Shown here in pieces: positions 1-8,540 of a stretch of 61,969 bases of DNA. Source of the DNA: Actinomycetes bacterium (GTDB lineage: Bacteria > Actinomycetota > Acidimicrobiia > Acidimicrobiales > UBA8190); the NCBI GenBank assembly GCA_021826725.1, contig JAKAYQ010000001.1, forward strand, positions 1 to 61,969, in the 5' to 3' direction. Under the pieces are notes generated by a model, which had not been told where the DNA came from, ran no database searches, and saw nothing but the letters and a program-made list of their open reading frames with translations. A program made the translations under genes and the position numbers. The first letter of the stretch is position 1. Each line of letters opens with the position of its first letter.

Positions 1-109
1 GGAGGAAACCAGCGGTGGGGGAGCCGGACCACGACGGAATCGAACGGTTGACCGGCCGTCCTCTAGGGTGAGGCGCCGGTAGGCGCAGGGGAGAGGAGCT
101 TCGATACAG

Positions 110-421
110 ATGGCACAGGATCTCAAGCCGGGGTCGCGCTGGGTGAGCGCGGTGGACGACACCGAGGTGATCGTCGTGAAGCCCGGCGGGCCCGGGCTCA
201 GCTTGGAGTGCGGTGGCCATCCGATGCTGGCCGCCGGCTCGGAGAAGCCCGGCGGGGCCGGCCCCGACGGCGACTGGGCCGGCGGGACGGCGGTCGGCAA
301 GCGCTTCGAGCACGACAGCGGCCTGGAGGTGCTCTGCACCAAGGCCGGGGCCGGCACCCTGGGCGTGGACGGCCAGGTACTGCCCCTCAAGGAGAGCAAG
401 CCGCTTCCGTCCTCGGACTGA
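110..421 (+). CDS. hypothetical protein (103 aa), probably chromosomal flank
   Basis: ORF track 110..421. GAGAGGAG run about 11 nt upstream of the ATG. GC-rich third codon positions. No motif recognised. Confidence 0.55.
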   Translation: MAQDLKPGSRWVSAVDDTEVIVVKPGGPGLSLECGGHPMLAAGSEKPGGAGPDGDWAGGTAVGKRFEHDSGLEVLCTKAGAGTLGVDGQVLPLKESKPLPSSD

Positions 422-427
422 CGCCAT

Positions 428-451
428 CCCAGCGGGGATATCCCGGCTGGG
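428..451 (+). terminator. GC-rich hairpin after the 110..421 stop (possible terminator, no T-tract)
   Basis: CCCAGC(428-433)...GCTGGG(446-451) outer stem with an inner GGG/CCC stem around an ATAT loop. Starts 7 nt after the TGA. Confidence 0.35.
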
Positions 452-493
452 ATGTGCCCGGTCGGAGGGGCTATAGTGACCCCTCCGCCACAT

Positions 494-569
494 GGCCCCA
501 TCGTCTAGTGGCCTAGGACACCACCCTCTCAAGGTGGAGACACGGGTTCGAATCCCGTTGGGGCTGCCA
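494..569 (+). tRNA. tRNA-Glu: tRNA-Glu, anticodon CUC (528-530), CCA encoded
   Basis: Manual cloverleaf of 76 nt. Acceptor GGCCCCA/TGGGGCT. D-stem GTCT/GGAC. Anticodon stem CCACC/GGTGG with loop CTCTCAA. T-arm ACGGG-TTCGAAT-CCCGT. Discriminator G followed by CCA. Confidence 0.9.
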
Positions 570-2034
570 GTCTGGAGCGTGTTCGAACCGCGCCTGGTAT
601 GCGGAAGCGGGGTCGGACCAGCCTTCCGTCGTGCACGTCGATCGAGGCGACCAGCTCCCGCAGAACGGTCTTGACGGTGGCGACCTCTCCGTGTCGCAGG
701 GCGTGGGCCAGTTGGCCTTGCAGGGCGGTGATCTGATCGCGGTCGGGTCCCTCAGGTTGGTGCTGCTCGACGTCGTCGATCTCGTCGCGTCGAGCCTGGA
801 GCTGGCGGAGGCGGCTGGACAGTTGCTCCAGCCGGGGTCCGCACTGGGCCGAGGACATCGACCCGTCCTCGAAGGCAGCGAGGTACCTGTCGATTGCCGC
901 CTCGGTCTTCTTGAGCTCCGCTTCGACCCGTCGGCGCTCGTCGTCGACTTGGCTGCTCGTTGCCTGGACACGCCGAAGGGCATCGGCGAAGGCCCGATCG
1001 ACGAACGCCGCGTCGGAGTACGCCGAGCCGATGGCGGCAAGGATCGACTCTTCGAGCTCTCTCGCGGGAAGCCGGTCTGCCGTGCAGCCCGCGGATCCGT
1101 AACGCTGGCGGGAGAAGCACACGTAGTACTCGTACCGTCCGTTCCTGCCGTGAGCGGCAGCGCCGACGTAGCGTTTCCCGCACATGGCGCAGACGAGCAG
1201 CCTGCTCAGGATGTAGTCGTAGGAGTTGGACCGGCAGGCGGCCTTGTCGTCGCTGTGCTCGGCGAGCAGCTCTCCGGCTGCGGCGAAGGTCGCCTGGTCG
1301 ATGAGTGGGGGATGGGCGGAGGCGTGGTAGGACCCGCGGAAGAGGACCTCGCCCAGGTAGGCGCGGTTGCGCAGGATCGTGAGCACGGACATGTGGCTCC
1401 AGGGTCGCCCGTTTCGGGTCCGGTACTCCTCTTGGTTGAGCCGTGCGGCGATCGCGTTCGCCCCGAGGCGGTCCTTGACGTAGAGCCGGAAGATGTAGGG
1501 CACGAGAGCCGCCTCGTCTTCTTTCACGACGAGGGTGCTGGTCGCCTTGTCGATGAGGTACCCGAACGGCCGCTGCCCCCCGCACCACTCGCCGCGGGCG
1601 GCCTTGCGCTCCATGCCGGCGATGACTCGGTCGATGATCGTGGCTCGCTCGAATTCGGCGAACACGCCGAGCATCTGGACCATCATGCGGCCTGCCGGAG
1701 ACGACGTGTCGAAGGGCTCGGTCGCCGATCGGAACGCGACGTTGGCCGCGTCGAGCTCCTCGAGCACTTGGGCGAGGCCACGTACCGACCTCGCCAGTCT
1801 GTCCACCCGGTACACGAGTAGCAGGTCGAAGCGCCCGGCCTTTGCTTCCAACAGCGCGCGCTGTAGGTTCGGTCGCTCCAGACCGGCGCCGCTCATCTGG
1901 TCGGTGAACTCACGGACCAGCTCCCACCCTTCCTGGCTGCCGACGTACTTGCGTAGCCGGTCTGCTTGGGCGCCGAGTGAGAAGGGTTGGTGTTCTTCGT
2001 CGGTCGATATTCGGGTGTACGTGGCTATTCGCAT
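529..2034 (-). CDS. large serine recombinase (501 aa)
   Basis: N-terminal resolvase motif MRIATYTRISTDEE (Ser nucleophile), ...LLLVYRVDRLAR..., a recombinase domain, a Cys-rich zinc ribbon (CAMCGKRY...YYVC...GC) and a C-terminal coiled coil. The last 13 codons are antisense to tRNA 529-569. Confidence 0.9.
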   Translation of the reverse strand: MRIATYTRISTDEEHQPFSLGAQADRLRKYVGSQEGWELVREFTDQMSGAGLERPNLQRALLEAKAGRFDLLLVYRVDRLARSVRGLAQVLEELDAANVAFRSATEPFDTSSPAGRMMVQMLGVFAEFERATIIDRVIAGMERKAARGEWCGGQRPFGYLIDKATSTLVVKEDEAALVPYIFRLYVKDRLGANAIAARLNQEEYRTRNGRPWSHMSVLTILRNRAYLGEVLFRGSYHASAHPPLIDQATFAAAGELLAEHSDDKAACRSNSYDYILSRLLVCAMCGKRYVGAAAHGRNGRYEYYVCFSRQRYGSAGCTADRLPARELEESILAAIGSAYSDAAFVDRAFADALRRVQATSSQVDDERRRVEAELKKTEAAIDRYLAAFEDGSMSSAQCGPRLEQLSSRLRQLQARRDEIDDVEQHQPEGPDRDQITALQGQLAHALRHGEVATVKTVLRELVASIDVHDGRLVRPRFRIPGAVRTRSRLAAPTGFEPVSPP

Positions 2035-2227
2035 GGTGCCTCCTGTGCCGGGTGGTGGCGAGGAGACCTCCGGCCCGGCGGAGGAGTCAAGCCGGAGCCA
2101 TCCCGGAGTAGCTGCTCGAAGAGATCCGTCAGCGCACCGGCGGCTCGTTGTTCCTGCTGTGGGACAAGCTCAATGAGCTCGGGCCCGAGCAGGTGGAAGC
2201 GCTGAGCTGACTTGATGTCCTGGTCCG

Positions 2228-3067
2228 TCACAACGCCGGTCGGAAGCAGAGAACATCCTCGTGGGCGACGACGGAGCGGGGCACGCCCCGTCCCCGGGCC
2301 CGGCGGACCTGGTCGAGGGCGAAGAACGACGGCCGTGGGATGAGGTGGTCGTCTCGGAGGCCGGCGAGGAGGGCGACGTTTCGTTCGAAGAGGACGAGGC
2401 CGGCGTCTTCGCCGACTCGGGCGATGGCGCCGGGGAGGTCGATGAGCTCGCCGGCTGCCCACCATGGGCGGACGGTCATGGCGACGATCCCGTCGGGGCG
2501 TAGCCATCCGGCTACTTGGGCGAGGACAGTGCGCATGGCGTCGAGGAGCCGGTCGAGGCCGACGTGGGCGAGGTTGGCGGGGTCGGTCGAGTAGCGGTAG
2601 TGGGCTTTGTGGATCCCTTGGCCGGGGCCGGTTCTCACCTGCCCGTGGACCGACGGCCCGTAGGGGGGGCTGGTGAGCACGAGCGCGACCAGGCCTCGCA
2701 GGGCGGGGTCGAGGTAGGCTGAGAGGTGGCGGGCGTCGCCGCAGACGACTTCTCCGTGCCCGGTCGCGCCTTGGGTGCGGGCGTGCTCGAGGTTGGCCCG
2801 GGCGAGGTCGGCCCAGGGTGGTTCGTACTCGACGCCGACGGCGTCGCGGCCAAGGTGGACGGCTTCGACCAGGGTGGTGCCGATCCCGCACATGGGGTCG
2901 AGGACGTAGTCGCCGGGCGAGGTGTAGTCGCTGATGGCGGTGCGGGCGATGGCGGGGAGCATCTTCGCGGGATGGGCCGAGCTGACCGCCAGGTACCGGC
3001 CGGCTCGCTGGGCGCGCGGGCTCTGTTGGGCGCTGTCCCACACCGACAGCGGTAGGTCGGCGGTCAT
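2228..3067 (-). CDS. DNA methyltransferase (motif I then SPPY; N4-C or N6-A type), 279 aa
   Basis: DPMCGIGTT (AdoMet motif I) and LTSPPYG (motif IV). Start ATG at 3067 overlaps the upstream stop as ATGA. The ORF-track extension to 3481 is Arg/Pro-rich shadow sequence. Confidence 0.8.
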   Translation of the reverse strand: MTADLPLSVWDSAQQSPRAQRAGRYLAVSSAHPAKMLPAIARTAISDYTSPGDYVLDPMCGIGTTLVEAVHLGRDAVGVEYEPPWADLARANLEHARTQGATGHGEVVCGDARHLSAYLDPALRGLVALVLTSPPYGPSVHGQVRTGPGQGIHKAHYRYSTDPANLAHVGLDRLLDAMRTVLAQVAGWLRPDGIVAMTVRPWWAAGELIDLPGAIARVGEDAGLVLFERNVALLAGLRDDHLIPRPSFFALDQVRRARGRGVPRSVVAHEDVLCFRPAL

Positions 3068-3963
3068 CGGCTCACCTCGATGGCTTGGAGGACGAGGACG
3101 TCTTCGTGGACCGAGAGATGGGCGGGCTCGCCGCGGGCGCGGGCTTTTCGGGTCTGGGTGAGCTGCCAGAAGCTGGGGCGGGCGACGAGCTGGCTGTCGC
3201 GTATGGCGGCGTGGAGGGCGATGACGTGTCCGAGGTAGGCGAAGCCGGCGGTGCGGGCGAGGGTGACGGTGGAGGCGGCGAGGTCGACGCAGCGCCCGGC
3301 GCGGCGCATGTTCTTGGTGACGGTGACGAGGAGCCCCCCGGGGCGCAGGACCGCGTGGCAGGCGGTGTAGATGCCGGCCATCGCGGCGGTGTAGGCGGGG
3401 CCGCGGGCGTGGCCGAGGTTGGCCCGGTCGGCCGAGTAGTTGAGCGTCTCGGTGGCACAGAGCCGCCCGCCGGCGAGCCATGCCTTGCGGTCAATCACGC
3501 CTGCGTCACAGGCATAGGGCGGGGAGGTGACGATCAGGTCGACCTGTCCGGCGAGGTTCCCGAGGATGGCGGGGAGGCGCCGGGCGTCGCCTTGGCGGAC
3601 CTCGGCGAGGCGGCGCCGGTCTGGTTCGAGGAGGCGGTCGAGGTTGGCCCGGGCGAGGTCGACCCAGGCGGCTTCGAGCTCGACGCCGACCGCTTGCCGG
3701 TCGAGGAGGGCGGCTTCGACGATGGTGGTGCCGATGCCGCACATCGGGTCGCAGACGAGCTGGCCGGGGTTGCTGTACTCGGAGACGATGCGTGCCGCGA
3801 GGGCGGGGAGCATCTTTCCGGGGTGGCGGGCGCTGTCGGGGTGGTAGCGCCCGGCGCGCTGGTACTGGGCCGAGGTCTGGGCGACCGGCCACAGCGCCAG
3901 CGGCACCGGTGCGGCCGGTGACGGAGTGGACGGGTGGGGGGTGGTGTGGGGGTTGGTGGCCAT
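3064..3963 (-). CDS. DNA methyltransferase, paralog of 2228..3067 (299 aa)
   Basis: Same DPMCGIGTT and VTSPPYA motifs and the same C-terminal ...RPSF(W/F)...HEDVL... block. Start ATG at 3963. Confidence 0.8.
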   Translation of the reverse strand: MATNPHTTPHPSTPSPAAPVPLALWPVAQTSAQYQRAGRYHPDSARHPGKMLPALAARIVSEYSNPGQLVCDPMCGIGTTIVEAALLDRQAVGVELEAAWVDLARANLDRLLEPDRRRLAEVRQGDARRLPAILGNLAGQVDLIVTSPPYACDAGVIDRKAWLAGGRLCATETLNYSADRANLGHARGPAYTAAMAGIYTACHAVLRPGGLLVTVTKNMRRAGRCVDLAASTVTLARTAGFAYLGHVIALHAAIRDSQLVARPSFWQLTQTRKARARGEPAHLSVHEDVLVLQAIEVSR

Positions 3964-4122
3964 GGGCGTTCGCCCCGGGCCGGAAAGTTCACGCCGATAT
4001 GAACCGGCAGCCGACCCCGTTTTGGCGACAAATCCCCTTCGCCGGCCCCCTTGACCTTGAGGTCCTCGGCGAGAGCGAGGTAGGTCCTCGAAGGCCAAGC
4101 CCACCGAGCAAGGAGGACCACG

Positions 4123-4623
4123 ATGCCCACGACCACGACTCCCCACACCGCCACCACGGCGGCCGAGGCGGTGCTCGCCGCGCTCGGCTCCGCTCCGGCC
4201 TCGGCGGCCGAGGCCGCGCGGGCGGCCGGGATCGGCCGCTCCACCGCCACCAAGGTCCTCGCCGCCCTGGCGGCCGGCGGTCAGGTGGAGCGCACCCCCG
4301 GCGGCCGCGACGGTGCCCGGCGTCTGGCCGACCGCTGGTCCCTGCCCGAGGCGCCCGAGAACCCTGACCGTGCTGCCGGCGACGGGGGCGAGTCGAAGGG
4401 CTCGACCTCAGCCGCACCCCGGTTGGGCAAGGGGGAGCTGGCCGCGATGGTGGCCGCCTTCCTGCGCGACCACCCCGGGGAGCACTCTCCCTCGGCGCTG
4501 TCCAAGGCGCTCGGGGGACGCAGCGCCGGGGCCGTCGGCAACGCCCTCGGGCGCCTCGTCGCTACCGGCCAGGCCACCCTGACGAGCGACCGTCCGCGTA
4601 TGTACCGGGCAACGGCCGGATGA
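4123..4623 (+). CDS. winged-helix DNA-binding protein (two MarR-like wHTH segments)
   Basis: AAGGAGGA SD 6 nt upstream of the ATG. AAEAARAAGIGRSTATKVLAALAAGGQVER and a second ...SPSALSKALGGRSAGAVGNALGRLVATGQA segment. Confidence 0.6.
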   Translation: MPTTTTPHTATTAAEAVLAALGSAPASAAEAARAAGIGRSTATKVLAALAAGGQVERTPGGRDGARRLADRWSLPEAPENPDRAAGDGGESKGSTSAAPRLGKGELAAMVAAFLRDHPGEHSPSALSKALGGRSAGAVGNALGRLVATGQATLTSDRPRMYRATAG

Positions 4624-4632
4624 CGCCGCGTC

Positions 4633-4652
4633 CCCGGAAAAAAAATTCCGGG
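4633..4652. repeat. hairpin CCCGGAA-AAAAAA-TTCCGGG containing an A8 tract
   Basis: Perfect 7-bp inverted repeat 10 nt after the 4123..4623 stop. An A8 run is highly atypical for this GC content. Confidence 0.6.
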
Positions 4653-4659
4653 TCGAGGC

Positions 4660-4823
4660 CTGATGGAGCCCGTCGGCGGTGGCCTCGGGGTCCATCAGGG
4701 CGCCTACCTGGGGGGACGCGGCGGTCCATCAGGTTTCCATCAGCCCTGATGGACCGGCCGGGCGGGCTCCATCACCCCTGATGGAGCGCCTGGCTGATGG
4801 AGTTCTGATGGATTTCTGATGGA
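4660..4823. repeat. iteron-like cluster: 10 copies of the 8-mer CTGATGGA / TCCATCAG
   Basis: Forward copies at 4660, 4746, 4778, 4794, 4805 and 4816. Reverse copies at 4691, 4725 and 4736, plus the variant TCCATCAC at 4768. The last three forward copies have 11-bp spacing. 4736-4753 is an 8-bp inverted pair separated by 2 nt. Confidence 0.85.
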
Positions 4824-4837
4824 ACGCCCGTGGCGCG

Positions 4838-5725
4838 ATGGCGGCCCCTTCGAGCAAGGAGCCGCCGATGCCATCACGCCGCCGTCCCGCCGAGCCGTCC
4901 CCGTTCGCCGCCTTGGAGCGGGCCTTCACCGTCCTTTCCGCCGAGCCCCGGCCGCTGGCCGTCGACGGCGCCTCGGTCGCCGGACTGCCCGCCCGGGCCA
5001 TCCCGCTGGGCGAGCTGAAGGCCCGGCTGTTGCACCCCTCCACGCCCTATGTGACCCGCGACGCCGCGCTCGGGGTGCTGATCGCCCGGGCCAAGGCCGA
5101 GGGCGGGGCGTGGACGGTGGGCCTGGCCGGGGTGCTGCTGCCGGGGATGCGCCGGGCGATCGAGCCGCTGGTCGAGGCGTGCCCGGCCAAGCAGGCCGAC
5201 CTCGAAGCCGAGATGCTGGTCGGGTTCCTCGCCGCGCTGGCCCGCTGCGCCCCGGGCCGGCCCCGGCCGGCGGGGTTCCTCTGCGGCCGTGCGTACGACG
5301 CCGCCAAACAGCTGGTGCGCGCAGAGCTGGCCGAGCGGGCCCGCCCGGCGCACCGGCCGATCTCCGCCGAGCCGCCCAAGCCGTGGGGCCACCCCGACTT
5401 CGTGCTGGCCCGAGCCGTCGCCCAAGAGGTGATCTGCGCCGACGACGCCGAGCTGATCGGCGCGACGCGCCTCGGGGAGATGACCCTGGCCGAAGCGGCG
5501 AGGGCGTGGGGCCTCGCCTACAAGACGGCCGAGCGGCGCCGCCAGCGCGCCGAGGTCGCCCTGGTCGCCTGGATCTCGCAAGGTTTCTGCCCCGGGTTTG
5601 TCGCCGATCGGGGTGTTCCTGCCGGTTCTAAGGGTGCGGGTCGACCACGGCAGGGTCGCCGCCCCCAGCAGCGGCCGGGAGTCCACGCCACCACATCTTC
5701 GCCGCCCGAGCGCGAAAGGAGGTGA
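4838..5725 (+). CDS. hypothetical regulator with a C-terminal sigma-70 region-4-like HTH
   Basis: ...DDAELIGATRLGEMTLAEAARAWGLAYKTAERRRQRAEVALVAWI... The start is uncertain (4838 or ATG at 4868). Confidence 0.5.
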   Translation: MAAPSSKEPPMPSRRRPAEPSPFAALERAFTVLSAEPRPLAVDGASVAGLPARAIPLGELKARLLHPSTPYVTRDAALGVLIARAKAEGGAWTVGLAGVLLPGMRRAIEPLVEACPAKQADLEAEMLVGFLAALARCAPGRPRPAGFLCGRAYDAAKQLVRAELAERARPAHRPISAEPPKPWGHPDFVLARAVAQEVICADDAELIGATRLGEMTLAEAARAWGLAYKTAERRRQRAEVALVAWISQGFCPGFVADRGVPAGSKGAGRPRQGRRPQQRPGVHATTSSPPERERR

Positions 5726-5905
5726 CACGCCCCACTGGCCGGCGACGGCCCTGCCCGACCCGCACCCCAGTCTTGCACCCACCGTCTCGAAGGAGGAGAA
5801 CCCACGAAACGCACCGTCCCCACCATCCATGGTCGCAGCGCCCGAAGCCCCATCATCCGGACCCTTTGCGCCCACGCCCGGCGTGCGCTGGTCGCCCTCG
5901 GTGTC

Positions 5906-6190
5906 GTGGCGGCGGCCGGCGTGGTCCTCGCCCCGCCCGCCATGGCCGCCACCGGGTCGGCCCCGAACCTCAACGGGGTGATCAGCTCGCTGCAGGTGTG
6001 GCTGGTCGGGATCCTGGCCGGCCTCGCCACGCTGTTCTTGACCATCGGCGGGATCCGCTACCTGACCGCCGGCGGCGACCCCGCCGAGGTCGAACGAGCC
6101 AAGACCGCCCTCAAGTCGGCCGCCGTCGGCTACGCGCTGGCCGCCCTGGCCCCGCTGCTGGTCTCCATCCTGCAGTGGGTCGTTGGCTGA
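5906..6190 (+). CDS. TrbC/VirB2-like T4SS pilin-like small membrane protein
   Basis: Signal-like segment, then two hydrophobic helices (LQVWLVGILAGLATLFLTIGGIRYL ... AAVGYALAALAPLLVSIL). Stop overlaps the next start (TGATG). The true start is probably upstream (see finding). Confidence 0.6.
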   Translation: MAAAGVVLAPPAMAATGSAPNLNGVISSLQVWLVGILAGLATLFLTIGGIRYLTAGGDPAEVERAKTALKSAAVGYALAALAPLLVSILQWVVG

Positions 6191-7488
6191 TGACCCGCCC
6201 CGGCACCCTCCGCCCCCCTACCCTCCGCCCCGCCGGGCCCCGTCGTGGTCATGTCATGCGGCTCAGCCTGTTCGCCGCCGTGAGTGCCGCCGGGTTCCTG
6301 GTCGTGGTGGCCTTGGGAGCCGGGCGAGCTGGCGCCGTTCCCACCCCTCAGGGAACGGTGCCGACGGCCCGCACGGCCACCGTGACGGGCGCGGCGACCC
6401 CGGCGCTGCGCCTGACGGCGAGCAGCGCATCGACAGCTACAAGCGGACCGACGCCAGGCGGCTCGGCACCGAGCGCCGGGGCGACGCCGAGCAACAGAAC
6501 CGCGCCGCCGGGGATCGGGGTCGGCCCCAACCTGTCGGGCGGCGCGCCGCCGGCGACACCGGGGCCGTCGATCGCCGCGGGGGGATCGCAGAGCTGCGGC
6601 TTCTTCGACGTCACCTGCCATGTCACCTCTGCCATCGACGGCTGGTTCCGCGACCTGGTCACCTCGGCGCTCAACCCGGTCCTGGCGTTGCTCGGCCGCA
6701 CCGTGCTCTCCACCCCGGACGTCACCGGCGGCAAGGTCGGGTTGATCTGGGGGATCACCGCCGGGATCGCCAACGCCTTGGTGGTGCTGCTGGTGCTGGC
6801 CGGCGGGGCGGTGGTCATGAGCCACGAGACCCTCCAGACCCGCTACGCGGCGAAGGACATAGCCCCCCGGGTGGTCGTGGCGGTGATCGCCGCCAACGCC
6901 TCCCTGGCCCTGGTCGGCCTGGCCATCCCCGCCGCCAACGCACTGTCGGAGGCCCTGCTCGGCAACGGGGTCGACCCAGCTCAGGCGACGGCGGCGATGC
7001 GCCAGCTGGTCGTCACCCCACTCGGGGCCGGGGGGATCTTCTTGGTGCTGCTCGGCCTGGTCGCAGCCGTGCTCGCGGTGGTGCTGCTCGCCACCTACGT
7101 CATACGCGTCGCCATGTTGGTCCTGCTCGTGGCGGTCGCCCCGCTGGCGTTGATCGGCCACGCCCTTCCCCAAACCGAGGGGGCGGCGCGGCTGTGGTGG
7201 CGGGCGATCTGTGGGCTGTTCGCCATCCAGCTCGGCCAGTCCCTGGTGCTCATCAGCGCCCTGAAGGTGTTCTTCACCCCCACCGGGCCGGGCACGCTCG
7301 GCCTCTCCGCCTCCGGTGGGCTGGTCGACGTGCTGGTCGCCGTGTGCCTGCTGTGGGTGCTGGTGCGCATCCCCGCCTGGGTGTCGCGCGCTGTCTTCGG
7401 CGCCGGACGCAGCTGGGGGGTCGCCAAGGCGTTCAAGGTGGCGTTCATCTACAAGGCCGCCCGGGCCGGGCTGGCGGCCCTCGCATGA
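6190..7488 (+). CDS. VirB6/TrbL-like polytopic membrane protein
   Basis: N-terminal signal/TM segment, a Pro/Ala/Thr-rich region, then at least 6 hydrophobic helices. Position between the pilin-like and VirB3/4-like genes. ATG 6190 overlaps the upstream stop. Confidence 0.6.
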   Translation: MTRPGTLRPPTLRPAGPRRGHVMRLSLFAAVSAAGFLVVVALGAGRAGAVPTPQGTVPTARTATVTGAATPALRLTASSASTATSGPTPGGSAPSAGATPSNRTAPPGIGVGPNLSGGAPPATPGPSIAAGGSQSCGFFDVTCHVTSAIDGWFRDLVTSALNPVLALLGRTVLSTPDVTGGKVGLIWGITAGIANALVVLLVLAGGAVVMSHETLQTRYAAKDIAPRVVVAVIAANASLALVGLAIPAANALSEALLGNGVDPAQATAAMRQLVVTPLGAGGIFLVLLGLVAAVLAVVLLATYVIRVAMLVLLVAVAPLALIGHALPQTEGAARLWWRAICGLFAIQLGQSLVLISALKVFFTPTGPGTLGLSASGGLVDVLVAVCLLWVLVRIPAWVSRAVFGAGRSWGVAKAFKVAFIYKAARAGLAALA

Positions 7489-8540
7489 CCGGCCGCCCCA
7501 CCACGAGCGGGCGCCCGGCCGAGGCCGAGGGTCGGGTGCAGATCACCGCCGATGTCGACCGGCCCGACAAGATCCTCCTCGGGCTCACCGCCCGCCAGCT
7601 CGCCATCCTGGCCGTCCCCGCCCTCGGCCTGTGGGCGACCTACGCCGCCACCCGTCACCACCTGCCCCTGACCCTGCTCGCGGCGCTCGGCGCGCCGGTG
7701 GTCCTCGGGGCGTTGGGGTTGGCGCTGGGACGGCGTGACGGCCTCGGCCTCGACCGGCTGCTCGGGTTCGCGCTCGCCCAGGCGCGCCAGCCGCGCCGGC
7801 TCGTCCCCGCCCCCGAAGGCGTCGCCCCCGCCCCGGCGTGGGCCGGCCACGACCCCTCCCCGCCGCCCGCCCCGCTTCGCCTCCCGGTCCGCGCGGTCGG
7901 CGACGACGGCACCGTGGACCTCGGGTCGCACGGCACCGCGCTGGTGGCTGAGGCGCAGACGGTGAGCTTCTCGTTGCGCACCCCGGCCGAACAGCACGCC
8001 CTGGTCGGCGCCTTCGGCCGCTACCTGAACAGCCTGGCCGCCCCCGTCCAGGTGGTGGTGCGCTCCCAGCCGGTCGACCTCGGCACCCGGGTGGCCGCGC
8101 TGCGAGCCGAGGCGGGCGGCCTGCCGCATCCCGCCTTGGAGGCCGCCGCGCTCGCCCACGCCGCGTTCATAGAGGACCTGGCGGCCAGCCGGGACCTGCT
8201 CGCCCGCCGGGTGCTGGTGGTGCTGCGCGACCCGGCCGGCGGCCCCGACGCCCCCGCCCGGCTGCGCCGCCGGGCTGCCGACGCCGCGGCGTCGCTCGCC
8301 GCGGCGGGCATCGGCCTCCAGATCCTCGACACGACGGCGGCCACCGCGGCCCTTCACGGTGCGCTCGACCCGTGGGCGCCGCCCCGGCCACCGGGCTTGT
8401 CGCCCCCCGACGCGCTCGTCACCGGGCGGCCCACCACCCATGCCGCCGTCCCGGCCAGACCGGGGCACCCTGCCAACGCCGCGTCGGCCGCCGGTGGCGC
8501 CGACACCGTCGAGATCGACGAGCCAGGAGCCGCCCCATGA
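7485..8540 (+). CDS. PrgI/VirB3-like membrane protein carrying a VirB4 N-terminal-like region
   Basis: ATGA overlap with the upstream stop. ...DKILLGLTARQLAILAVPALGLWATYAA... two-TM hairpin. The downstream segment resembles the N-terminal part of VirB4-type ATPases. Confidence 0.55.
   Translation: MTGRPTTSGRPAEAEGRVQITADVDRPDKILLGLTARQLAILAVPALGLWATYAATRHHLPLTLLAALGAPVVLGALGLALGRRDGLGLDRLLGFALAQARQPRRLVPAPEGVAPAPAWAGHDPSPPPAPLRLPVRAVGDDGTVDLGSHGTALVAEAQTVSFSLRTPAEQHALVGAFGRYLNSLAAPVQVVVRSQPVDLGTRVAALRAEAGGLPHPALEAAALAHAAFIEDLAASRDLLARRVLVVLRDPAGGPDAPARLRRRAADAAASLAAAGIGLQILDTTAATAALHGALDPWAPPRPPGLSPPDALVTGRPTTHAAVPARPGHPANAASAAGGADTVEIDEPGAAP

Noticed and set aside
3068-3481. N-terminal extensions proposed by the ORF track, for example 2228..3481, 3064..4146, 5722..7488, 6183..8540, 11011..13152, 11604..14075, 26383..28647 and 41714..44059.
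   Set aside because: The extensions are Arg/Pro-rich and overlap the preceding gene. Internal starts coincide with ATGA/GTGA overlaps or SD sequences and with the beginning of recognisable domains.
4051-4090. Direct repeat AGGTCCTCG (4060 and 4082) plus TTGACC (4051) in the methyltransferase / wHTH divergent region, considered as promoter and operator.
   Set aside because: Only two copies are present, and no acceptable -10 lies at a sensible spacing from TTGACC. The evidence is too weak to annotate.
5598-5981. ORF with ATG at 5829, downstream of the strong SD at 5791.
   Set aside because: The ATG is 31 nt from the SD. The product is Pro/Arg/Trp-rich without features, and it overlaps the better-supported pilin-like frame.
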